This document shows, one piece after another, positions 1 through 10,979 of a DNA stretch of 64,000 bases (within the stretch, counting starts at the first letter, position 1; the number at the start of each line of letters is the position of its first letter). Below the pieces are notes generated by a model. The model was not told the origin of the DNA and searched no databases. It saw nothing but the letters and a program-made list of their open reading frames with translations. The translations under genes and the position numbers were made by a program. The DNA is from Kondoa subrosea (Eukaryota), in NCBI GenBank assembly GCA_039545335.1, contig BCIN01000005.1, forward strand, positions 1 through 64,000, given 5' to 3'.

Positions 1-95
1 GAAGTAAAAGAAGAAGATGAAGTGAGATCTTTAGATTGGGTAGTATGAAATTTGTATGCTAGCTTTCCATAGACCACCGTGCAACTTCCAAATTT
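1..95 (+). mobile_element. 3' UTR of a preceding, diverged copy of the same non-LTR retrotransposon
   Basis: Aligns by eye with 2245-2342, the 3' UTR of the element. Shared blocks: GAAGTA, GGTAGTA (39-45 vs 2285-2291), TTGTA[T/A]GCTAGCTT (52-65 vs 2298-2311) and CATAGA. Confidence 0.7.
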
Positions 96-99
96 TATC

Positions 100-2342
100 G
101 CAAGTCTACCTCAAAGATCCGACTGAAAAACATCTTCTTCATATTCTCGCTCTCCCAAAGGTTGGCCTGGCACCTCACTCTGATGTCGGTCGATTCCGAT
201 CGTTTGAGAAGCGGCTGCGAAACTATCCCCGCGTCAATTGGCCTGAGCCTGATGCTAAATCTGCTGCCCGAGAAGCTGCTACCTTTGCTCGACAAGTCAT
301 GTCATCGATAGAGAAAGGTCGCATCAGCAAGGCTGGGCGCATCTTCACTAGTGTTACTGGACTTGCTCCTGCTACACAAGAGACGGTCGAGAAACTTCGC
401 TTGCTGCACCCTGAAGGACCCACTGGACCTTTCACCTCAACATCTCGTCCTCGTGGTCCATCTCCTACGATCAAGCTCAAGCTTGACATCCTTATAAAGG
501 AAACAAAGAAGATTGCAAAGGATGTAGCACCTGGTATATCTGGTTGGACGATGCCGCTTCTGGACCTGGTTCTAGTCGAAGGGAGTCCGTTCGAGGAATT
601 CTACTACACCCTGGCAAAGTCGATTGCGAATGGTGCAGCTCCAGGTCGAGATATCCTAGTTGGGTCACGTCTGACAGCAGGTGCAAAGGAAGATGGTGGA
701 GTTCGTCCTCTGGCAACACCGGAACTCTTCTATCGTGGATCAGTTAAAGGCATTCTCAAAACTGCTCAAAAGGATTCTCACACATTGCCAACTCAATTCG
801 GACTTGGCAAGTCTGGTGGTGTTGAACCTATTCTTCGCTACATTGAGCGTGCTATTGAGGATTCACTTACGGGCATCAAGCACTCAATTATGATCGAACT
901 TGATCTGAAGAACGCCTTTAATCAAATTTGCCGCAAACACATGGCTGAAGCAGTGGCCAAGTATGCACCTGAATTACTTCCAATGGCGACATGGGCATAC
1001 GATAATGAATCTGATCTGTTCTTCTGCTTGGAAGATGGGACTATTGAAATTATCAAGTCACGTCAAGGTGTGCGTCAAGGTGATACACTTGGCAACCTGC
1101 TCTTCTCGATTGCATATCGACCAGTGTTGGAAGATCTTGTTCGAAGGCTCAATGAAGGAGAAACGAATCAGTTCAATCTTGNNNNNNNNNNNNNNNNNNN
1201 NNNNNNNNNNNNNNNNNNNNNNNNNNNNNNNNNNNNNNNNNNNNNNNNNNNNNNNNNNNNNNNNNNNNNNNNNNNNNNNNNNNNNNNNNNNNNNNNNNNN
1301 NNNNNNNNNNNNNNNNNNNNNNNNNNNNNNNNNNNNNNNNNNNNNNNNNNNNNNNNNNNNNNNNNNNNNNNNNNNNNNNNNNNNNNNNNNNNNNNNNNNN
1401 NNNNNNNNNNNNNNNNNNNNNNNNNNNNNNNNNNNNNNNNNNNNNNNNNNNNNNNNNNNNNNNNNNNNNNNNNNNNNNNNNNNNNNNNNNNNNNNNNNNN
1501 NNNNNNNNNNNNNNNNCAAGCTCTTACCTCAACTCAGCTCATCTGAACTCGTTCAATACGTCGACAACCACTCCTCAATCTCTTCACAGTGGCTTCATGC
1601 CATCCCAAACAACTCCTACAAAACGCTGTCGAAGAGAGAAATTGCANTTGGTTTGACACACCGAACGCTCATACGAGGTCACAACGACGTCTGCAAGTAC
1701 TGCTGCCGTCCAAACGTCATTGGACATGATGAAGTCTGTGCTCAACGACAGAATATGCGAATCTTCCGCCATGAGAAGGCAAAGATTACGATCAAGTACC
1801 ACGTCGAAACAATAGAGGGCACAACAGTCAAACCTGAACCTTCTATACCTGGTCGAAGAGATAGAACTGATCTACGCATTCGCATAGCTGGACCTGGCTC
1901 GTTCCGTCAAGAAGTTGGAGACTATGATATCAAGTTCACTTCTGTTCATTCGCAACGCTTTCCTCCTGCTCCGACCACTCAAGACCCTGACCTCTTTGCT
2001 TCAACTGAAAAACGTATTTCACATTACTTGTCTGGAATTGAAGCGGAGAAGAATCGTCACTACTGCAGTCTCGTTAAGAATCCCTTCCACCCTATCATAT
2101 TCACCTCATCTGGAACTCCTTCACCTACCTCAAAAGAAGTTCTTGCTCATTGGCAAGATCTCATGGATCCGTATGTATACAAATCTTTAATTCTCGATCT
2201 CTCTATCAATCTGTTACGTGCTCGGTCTCGCTGTTTTGTTCTCTGAAGTAGAAAGGGAACGCTGAAATAGACAATTTGCTTGTAGGTAGTACAGAACTTG
2301 TAAGCTAGCTTATTCATAGAACGACCATTGCAAACGAAAATT
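100..2342 (+). mobile_element. Non-LTR retrotransposon, RT + CCHC + restriction-like endonuclease (CRE/Cnl1/MoTeR-like), probably 5'-truncated
   Basis: RT motifs GGVRPLA, QFGLG..GGVE, ELDLKNAFN and GVRQGDTLGNLLF. After the N gap: SSQWL, CKYC...HDEVC zinc knuckle, RHE, RTDLRI..YDIK, EAEKNRHY and FHPIIFTSSG, which match an RLE domain. Stop at 2244-2246. The YxDD region lies in the gap. Confidence 0.9.
1182..1516. other. Assembly gap (N run) inside the retrotransposon
   Basis: Continuous N run, plus one isolated N at 1647. Confidence 1.
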
Positions 2343-2570
2343 AGCACGCGCCCTCTAGGAGGACTCGCACAGTAGAGTGCTATTATGCGATATGGCAGGA
2401 GAATCTTCAGCCCCAGTCACCGAAGTTCCTGGAACGCCGAATTCACCGCCGAAACGAATGAAAGTGGGTATAGACGTTGTGAGGGATTCCAACCCGACCG
2501 CGCTCGACAGACGTTTGTTCAGCAATTTGTAATTGTTACATGGGAACTCCTTCAGCCCTAAACCTAAAAT

Positions 2571-2722
2571 GGGATTGTGGCCGAGCGGTCTAAGGCGCTG
2601 GTCTTAAGATGCAATTTTATTTGCCAACCAGTATGGAAACATGCGTATGTTTTGTCCATTCTTCTCAATGCAACATAGGCTGACGCCCTTAATCTAGATG
2701 GGTTCGAACCCCATCGATCTCA
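2571..2722 (+). tRNA. tRNA-Leu(UAA) with a 17-nt canonical intron (2609-2625) and a 53-nt GT-AG insertion (2645-2697)
   Basis: Acceptor GGGATTG/CGATCTC, D-arm GCCGAGCGGTCTAAGGC, anticodon stem CTGGT/ACCAG with CT-TAA-G, long variable arm TATG-GAAA-CATG, T-arm ATGGG-TTCGAAC-CCCAT and discriminator A73. Confidence 0.92.
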
Positions 2723-2737
2723 TGGGCGTGTTGGTTC

Positions 2738-2747
2738 TTTTTTTTTT
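2738..2747 (+). terminator. RNA polymerase III oligo(dT) terminator of tRNA-Leu
   Basis: T10 run about 15 nt after the discriminator base. Confidence 0.8.
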
Positions 2748-3015
2748 GCCGTTGTCCTCGTGTGCAAGGGGCGTGCGGTTCATCTGTATTGTGGTCAGAG
2801 TCTGGAGACGAAGGTAGACATAAAGATCCAGGAGCAAAAGAAAGTACACTAAACGATTTACATCGTTCATGACAGTCTAGCAACGTGCATATAGCAGGCG
2901 AAAACCCAAAACCAACGCCTTCAATTTCAAAAGTACACACAGAAACGCCGCCCGGGCGTCACAAAAGGGCATCCCAGCTCTACTTTAATGCATCTATCTA
3001 AGCGTCAGCTCTGTC

Positions 3016-4601
3016 CTAAACGAGAACAAACGAAGCAATCACCTTGCCAAATCGGACTGCCCTCCTCTTGTGCGAAATGTAGATGGAACGGTTGTGAACT
3101 GCTGATATTGATCTACGAGTATTGGATGGCGAAGCATTAGGCGCTTCCGAATCATCTTCTTCGCAATCTTCATCCGTAGCGTCGGAAGTATCTTCCTCTA
3201 TTTGAAATATCAGCATTGTCGATACTGAGTCTTTGCACGAACCGCAGTCCTCCTCGTCAGCAGCAGCAGTACTAGGTTCATCTTCTTCACAGTCTTCTTC
3301 ACCATCATTAACTGAATCCTCTTCACAATCTTCTTCATCGTTTGTAGTTGTATCGTTTGAAGCAGGCCTGGTGATTTTGACCATTCCAGGTTTCTTGGAC
3401 ACAGGAGTAGGTTTCGATTTGCTTGACGATACAGAGGAAGAAGCAGAAGGGCTAGGACTGGAAGATCCAGAACCTGTCTCAAAATTCAATCAGAAACTTA
3501 TCACCGCAACATGATTTGACTGACGAGATTGTTTCAAGAACCAAGACAAGAGATCTGTATCAGTCCAAGGTTTGGTTGAAAGACCATTATGATCAGTATT
3601 CATAATATCCAAAGTCGCATCTTTAGCTCCAAGGGATTGTAAATCTTGCTCGGTAGCTTTAGGTGATTCAGTACCAGCAGTCGTATCGCTAGATCCAGCA
3701 AATTGTCGACTGGGAACACTGACAATATTCTTCAGAAGAGGGAAAACAGGTGGTGCATATTCTTGTTGTAGAGTTAAATCGCCGTCCTTTTCAGCTCCAC
3801 CTGCTGAACATGCAATAGCAGCTGGAACTTCAGGATGAGCAGTTGCGAATCGCCAGCACCCGCGAGAGCCTAGCAGAACCGACTTCAGCGATATAAATTG
3901 AGCTGCTACGAGAATCCTTCTCACCCATGCTGAAACCAGTGACATAGATTCTTGCCGAATCGACCTTGTAGTTTGACTTGACCTCATCTAGTATAGCCAT
4001 GACATTATCCGGATCGAAATGCCTGGCTCCATCTGGTGCGATAGGAACAATAGTGAGAAATCTACTCCGGATTAGCGCCAAAACTCAATATTCTGATGAC
4101 AGAGACGTACTTGGTAGCAGCCATAGTGTGAGCGTCATCCTTTTGTCCAGCTGCGGTCAAGATTTAGCCATGCGGTCATTCGAAATCTCCCTCGTGAGCA
4201 AACTTACAAAGGTATTGAGCCACTAATTTTCCAACAGCATCATAGCCAGCTAAAGATTTTGCGTTGGAAGGAGGACCACGAGCTCCAGAGCCCGGAAGAG
4301 AGATGACTGTACGTAAAAATCAACGGTTGAGCACGAGTTCTTGGCATTGTTATGCGCAGGGAAAATGTACTTGTAGGCCAGCCTGAAGAAGGAGTACCTT
4401 CGGGTACATAGACACTACAGCCATGGTGTAAGCGTCTGTCCAATTGTCGACTCAATAGCAAAAGACCAGAGCGTACCAGTAAGCTAGTTTTGCCATTTTG
4501 CCAGGCTGACTTGCAGGTGTTTGGCATGTGAAGCCACCTGCTGCTGCAACTGAAGATACACAGCTCAAGAGAGCGACAGAAAGAGCGAGGATGGATTTCA
4601 T
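3016..4601 (-). CDS. Secreted alpha/beta-hydrolase (esterase/phospholipase-like) with Ser-rich and acidic DCEED-repeat tail; multi-exon
   Basis: Signal peptide MKSILALSVALLSCVSSVAA, WPTIISLPGSGARG, RIYVTGFSMG nucleophile elbow, and candidate Asp (GSSD) and His (TDH). GT-AG introns join the ORF pieces. Confidence 0.8.
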
Positions 4602-5658
4602 TGTTATTTCGTTTGTGCGCGAGGCGTTTTAAGCGAGATTTCGTGTGCAGCAAGCAGTAATCGACCAGCGATTGAGAATTCAGGGAACGACGATAGAAAC
4701 CAGGAAACGAGAAACAGTCAAAGTGGCCAGCCTGGAAGAAGAGTGGAAAATCTAATGTCTTCTTGAGCTTAAACCTCCTCTTGCGCCGATTGGCCGAATA
4801 CTGCTGTTGATACTCTGGTCGCGTATGCTACTGGTAGATTTGATGCGAGCCCATGAGATCTTCGCGTGTTGGCCAAAACTCTCAAATAGCAATTCACTAA
4901 TACCTGTCTTCTCTGCTGTGATCTTTCGCTGTTTCTTTGCTGCTGTGCTCTTCTCGCGTGTTGTCATATGTGCTGTCATTTTTCTGCTGCTTGAATATAG
5001 CATGTCGCAGCAAATGCGTCCAAGCTTGAAACAATAGACCCTTTCTTTTCAATGACAGCGCAGACTGGCTAATTCATCCAATCTGACCTTACTATGTATT
5101 CCACTAGTCTTGCGATCTGGGGCTTTTGAAGCTTGTGAGAAGTATAATGATTCGATTGAGATTGCTCGAGATCACTCGCGCACTCTTCCCTCATCTGCAT
5201 CAGTCGCTCAGAAGCGCAAGAGAAGAAGAACTGGCACAGTTGGCTGTTGAGCTCTGCATCGCTTTGCTCATCAAGCAGACTGCATTCTTCTCAAATCATT
5301 CCTAAATTCTCGCACGAATAGCTGGCTGCATTCGCTGCGGCATGCTTTTGCGATTCATTTCACTAGCGCCTTCAATACTACTGATGGACTGACAGCTCTC
5401 TGCAGCCGCAAATAATGCTGCTTAAGGCATGATTATCACTCAGTCTCTGTCATCAATTCGCGTCCGATTGTGCGCGATGTCCTTTTAGATATACATCACA
5501 AGCATACAGCTTCTTGTACCATAGTCCCGCGACAAGATTATTCGCGTCTTGTCCCAGGCGTTTCAACTTTGGAAAAACAATCAAATCTTCCGTTGCATTC
5601 CAACAGTGATGCGCGAACTTGCTATAGCCTTGAGAGCTACCACCGATACCACTCGCAA

Positions 5659-8600
5659 ATGAGTCTGCTGCTGCCTCCCTTATTGCTTGAGACCACACCC
5701 AAGGCATTCAGCAGCAGCAGTACCCCAAAGAAAGAGAACGTCAACAATACTGGATCCTCTCCTACTCGCACTTCGCCTTCCAGGACTGGCTGTCGGGTCG
5801 CTTTAGAGTCATCACCCATCTCTAGACTTTTGTCAGATTACACGCCGAAAGAACGCGCTCAAGCGGCTGCTTCACGCTCAGTCGAATTCTCGGATTCCTT
5901 GTTTGGCACGCCTTTGGCTCTTAGAAGCCCTAAACATCGTCGCTATCAACCTTACAGAAGACCTGTGTCAGCCAGAATAGATCCCACTGATCCTGATCAA
6001 TTAATTCGGAAACCTTGCTTCATTGCTTCTGCTTACTTCCCTACTCCTCAAATCTCATCAGCGTCAAGCGGAGCACCTAAGAGTATACTGAAACAGAGCG
6101 GTCAGTCAATCTTGAATGTTCATGCCGTTTTGACTCATGTTCTTTGATAGCTGTACCTATCAATCTTGCAGAATCCTTGATTCAAGGAACGAAATGTGAG
6201 CTTAGCCCTTATTCCTAACAATCGCCACACTTAATTTCATTGGGTATAGTCAACTCTGGTCCAAGAAGACATAGCATTTCTCTACCCAACCTGACAATAC
6301 CCATGGCTAAAGCAACCGTCGAAACGACTTTGCAAGGTGAATTCACTCTAGCCCAAGTTCTCAAATCTCCTCTTCGAACACTCTACACTTCCCTACACTC
6401 ATCATCGAACACTTCAATCTTTGCGTCTGTCCCAACTTTCCAAATCGTACCCAGAGATGTGGAACATTCTTATGCTCTTCTTGCAACCCGTTTACAAGCT
6501 TGGGCAAGTCATGTTGGTAACTCGGTGACTGGTGGTCCTGCATCTCCAGAAATGATAGAAGCCGCAACAACCTTGGCGGAATGTCTCAAGAGAGATATTG
6601 GAATTGTTGTGAAGAAGGAAGATGAAGTATTAGTACAAGGACCAAGCAAGAGTAGTAGTGGTTCAAGTTCACCTGTGGATTCGGCTGCTTCTCCGTTCCG
6701 AAAGAAAGGGAAAAGTGAAGAAGAAATCAGAATGATGAGAGTTAGGATTGATGTAGCTCAAGCTGCGGTCAAATTGACTGGCATCCTCTTTCATTTCCAT
6801 GCTCTGTATTCAGCCTTTTCAGGTGAGTAGAGAAAGTGGATTTGTGTGTTTTCCACGCTTAACCAGTTTCTTCATATCTTCACAGAAACCGACATCAAGA
6901 CTATTCTCAATCTCATTCTTCTCGTCCCTCAAACATCTGTTCTCCGTCTACCCAAAGATCGAGATATTGTCGCTTTCTCAGCTTGGGTTCTGACGGCTCA
7001 GATTCTTCCCGTCTCCATCTTGAAATCCTGCAAAGCAGCAATCATCGACGCCATTAAGGCCATCCTCGACACAACCAAAGCCAAACCATCTGATAAAGCT
7101 CGTCGAGCCAACTTGGAAGCACTTTCAGCGGTTCAAAACTTATCTTGTCAGCATCCCTCTCTGTTTGTCGATTTTACAGAAGCGGATCAATTGTATTGGA
7201 TCCTCAATGCTTTCCAACACAAAAATTTACAAACTAGATCAAGAGCTTGTGCAGCTTTAGGTGGTCTGACTTTAAGTTTGACTCATGCTTGGGGAGAAGA
7301 ACCCGAAACTCAAGCTAGGCGAACAAAAGCTAGAGATCAACTTTCTGCTTTCACTAGAGCATTCTTCCATTGTGGCGAAGGAGCTAGAGAGAGGGAACAG
7401 CTGAAGTACTTGAAAGCTCAGCTGGAAATCAGGAAGAAGAAAGCCGAAGAAAGTAAGGTGCTCCTTTCTTGCTTTACCAGATGAGGAGGCTAATAGACAA
7501 ACAGTGCCTTGGATCATGGGTTTGCTTGCTTTGCTTCCTGTCATCCTTGGACATCGTTTCAGGAGATTAGAACCGCAAGGTCCGCAAATGTGGATGGATC
7601 ATATGCAGGTGAGCAGCTCAAGCATCTTTGACGAGACTTGTCGGCTCAACTGTTTGTAGCTATGTGCTGTCCATCCAACTGAGTCTATCCGAACTCTCTC
7701 CTTCTTCATGTGGAACCACCTCTTCTATTCCTGGCTTCTCGTGAGCGGAAGACCTAGAATGGATGGAGTTGCATATCCTTCTGTCTGGGCGCTAGAACCT
7801 GGCTGCTTTGATAAGATAGCTCAAGCTGTGCGCGATCCTAAATGGTTGGCTAAGGAAAGAACACCGGTTGGCAGCGCAGAATGGACTCGGAACTACCAAC
7901 TCACCGCTCAACTCAGTGTTTCATTACTCTATGGTCTCTCTGGCTACATTCACAAACACTTTACCGACGACAACGGCTCTTTCCATGCTAGCAAGAGCTA
8001 CCCTTCCTTCACCAGACTATGGGACGAAGTAGTCCACAAGGACTTAGTCAAGCTACTCATCAATTGCAATGTTACAGATGTGAATGTTACAGCTTGGAGA
8101 TGTTTCGCTTCAATGCTACAATGCGATCTACAGACTCAAAGTCATTTCAAGGAAGAACGCTTGATATATCACCAACTACTGGAAGGTACCGCTCTCAGTC
8201 CACTGGCGCCTGATGCCACACAGCAGTTGTGCAAAGAGATGCTCAGAGGAGCTATACAGCCAGAGGAGATCAATGGCTTGCCACAAAATTGGATCGCTGA
8301 CAACCTGACGAAAGTTCTTGCAACCCTTACGATCATGCTCTCTGTCCCTCAAGATTCTGCTGTTCTCCTTCATGGCGAAGGTGGCAGTCCTGGACTGATT
8401 GTGCAGGCTTGGATGCGCATTGCCATTGCTGTCAAAAGTATGTAGAACCAAAGCTGTTCGTTGGCATTTGCTCAATTGTTCCATTCTAGATGCTGGTCGC
8501 GATAAAGCAAACCTAGCTAAGGAGATGTATCAATGGCTTCAGACCTTCAGACAAACGACAGACGATTCTTCTTCTTCACAAACCGTCTCTTTCCGGCAAA

Positions 8601-10819
8601 CCTGCTATTCTTTATTCAGCGCAGTCGGGGTAGAACTCTTCGGTTCGATCACTCACTTATTTTACGGTATGTTAGCAACTTCCAAACCCCCTCATGCTGA
8701 AGTTATTCGTTAATAGATGCGGCTCAACAAGCCAAGATTGACTCTGCAGAGAGACAGATTGAAGATCTTGTTAAAGCGCTGCGTGCTGCTGCAGCCAATA
8801 TACTAGTGGACGAAGACTTTCTCAAACGCGCGTCATACAACTTCTTGCAGCTGGTTCCTGACGAAAAGAAATCCATGCCTTCAGAACTGCTAGGTATGTC
8901 TTTGTGTCTTTCGATTCCAGCATGTCTAATGATTTTATAGCATCATCATGGCAGAAGTTCTGGCTGCAATGCCGCGATATTGAACAATCAGACGAGATGT
9001 CTTCAGCATGTGCAGCTTACCTGAGCGCTTGTTTACGGTAAGATCTTGCTCTTTGTAATCACGCTTGCTAATTCCCTTCTGCGTGCTATCTCTGCAGCAC
9101 ACATCTCTTGTCCCATGTCAAGCTTGTTCTCAGTGGCCTCTCCGAGCTGCATGATCCCGCTTACAGCATACAATTGAACCGGATTTGCCAGTCTTGGCTC
9201 ACCGACTGCAAAGATTTCCATCCCGAAGCAGTCACACTTCTTATCGCCGCTCACTCCCAACGCAGCTGTCTCCCATCTCCAAGTTTGCTGGATCTGTGTC
9301 AATTAATCAATAAGGCGGCTCTTTCTGCCAATGCCTTCATCAAAATGCAAGAGATCATGGCTGGTATCTGTACAGCGATGGAGACTCAGCCTACCGATAT
9401 CCGCTGGATATGGCTCGAGAGCACAACCAACATTTGGGTGCCCTGGTTTACGCGGGCTTCCGAGCTGTCAGAGGAGGATCAACTTACGGTAGGCTCGCTG
9501 TTCTACCTTTCAAATTATATACTGAACATTGCATGCAGTGCAATCGACTTTACGGCGACATCCTGTGTTGCTTGCAGTCGGTACTCGAGAACCGAAGCAT
9601 AGATGGCGCGGTATTGTCAAAGTGGCAACCACTACTACTCTCCGCTTCAAATACAGCATATGGCGCTGTTGCGTTTGCAAACATTTGGACAAATATCTTT
9701 GCGCCTACCGTCAACCTCGAGCTGTCCGATGACCTACGGACCACCCTTCAAGCAATCGCACTAGCATATCCGGAGCTTCATGTCGAGTTGCCTCTTGTAC
9801 ACGACTCGTTGGACAGAACCGTTAGTTATCTAAAGCTAAACCGTTTGCACTCGCGTTGATTTTGAGACAGCTGAATGAAATCGGTCATCTCTCGGAGTCA
9901 TCTCAATCACAGTCAATTCCTGCTCATACTGTGTCTTCGCACGGTTAGCAACCTCTCTTCTTGAGTGCAATAATGGTACTGATCCATGTAATCAGACTTG
10001 ACAATAGAAGCTACACAACCGGCTACTCTACATTACTCAGCCGACATCTCTATGCAACCTTCGATCGCGCAGTCGCCATCATTCGCTAGACAGGAGCTTG
10101 GAGATTTGCCGATTGATCAATCAGCGAACACGCCAGCGGCATCACAAAAACGGTCACGAGCAGCTATGGAGAGTCAAGCGCAGTCGTCAAGTCACAAAAG
10201 ACCTCGCAAGTCGACAGCTCCCTTGAAGCAAAAGGAGCCAAATACACTGCATGAAAGTACGTTGACTTCTTCCTAGTATACCTTGCAGTACCTCATGTGA
10301 TCTCCAGCAATGTGCACTCCGTCTCAAGCTGGTCGCACTACCCGCTCGCAGTCACACTCAGCCAAACGTAGAACCTCTCCCAGATCTACATTTGACTGCG
10401 TCGAAATTCCAGTCATTGAGAGCATTCCTCGGCCGACGAAATCTAGGACTTTGTCCGTCAAGAAAGGTTCATTGAAGCGCAGTCATTCCGAAGGTGAACA
10501 TAAATTGTCATTCAGAGATTCTCATCTTCTCATTTTTCGACCAGGCGACCATACCAACTCTTCCTTCTCAGCTATACTGCCGCGGGGTGGATTGGCATCA
10601 GACATAGCCACACCTGCTCAACGTCCTGCTTGTTCTACTTCTTCGCTAAAAGTACCAAAGAGTCACAAGCAAGAGGATCTGCCGGCAGACATGGATCGCA
10701 AACTTAAGCAGATTTCCTCCAAAGTTGACGATTCGACAAAGAAGGCTTGGTCGTCGATGAGTCTTGGCGACGCTGCAGGGCTTCTGATGGCAGCGACAAA
10801 GGGTTTGCTGACCAAGTAA
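5659..10819 (+). CDS. RIF1: Rif1-like telomere/replication-timing protein; multi-exon
   Basis: N-terminal RSVEF and KSILK PP1-docking motifs, a long helical HEAT-like region (AQAAVKLTGILFH...) and a disordered Ser-rich C-terminus. Confidence 0.7.
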
Positions 10820-10979
10820 GATTCCAACAGTTAGTTCAAAGTGTGTTTAGAGGTTGTATAAGGGCATTTCAGTTCCGTTGATCATTCTTTCTAGTTTGTT
10901 ACATATCCTAATTGTACAAAACTTTAGCATGCATAACCAATTTTACACACCCAAACAAAGGTCCCTTTGCCGAGTTCCC

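Noticed and set aside
56..2246. Apparent frameshift between the RT and RLE ORFs
   Set aside because: The frame change falls within an N gap of estimated length, so it is not evidence of decay or programmed frameshifting.
2473..2500. tRNA 3'-half-like sequence on the minus strand (GGGTTGGAATCCC...)
   Set aside because: The T-loop is imperfect and no matching D or anticodon arm was found.
2556..2567. CCCTAAACCTAA telomere-like sequence before the tRNA-Leu
   Set aside because: Only two imperfect units, and ~210 bp from the retrotransposon end. Could be chance.
4752..5450. Short ORFs with recurring TGCTGT between the esterase and RIF1
   Set aside because: No regular period, no motif and no splice model.
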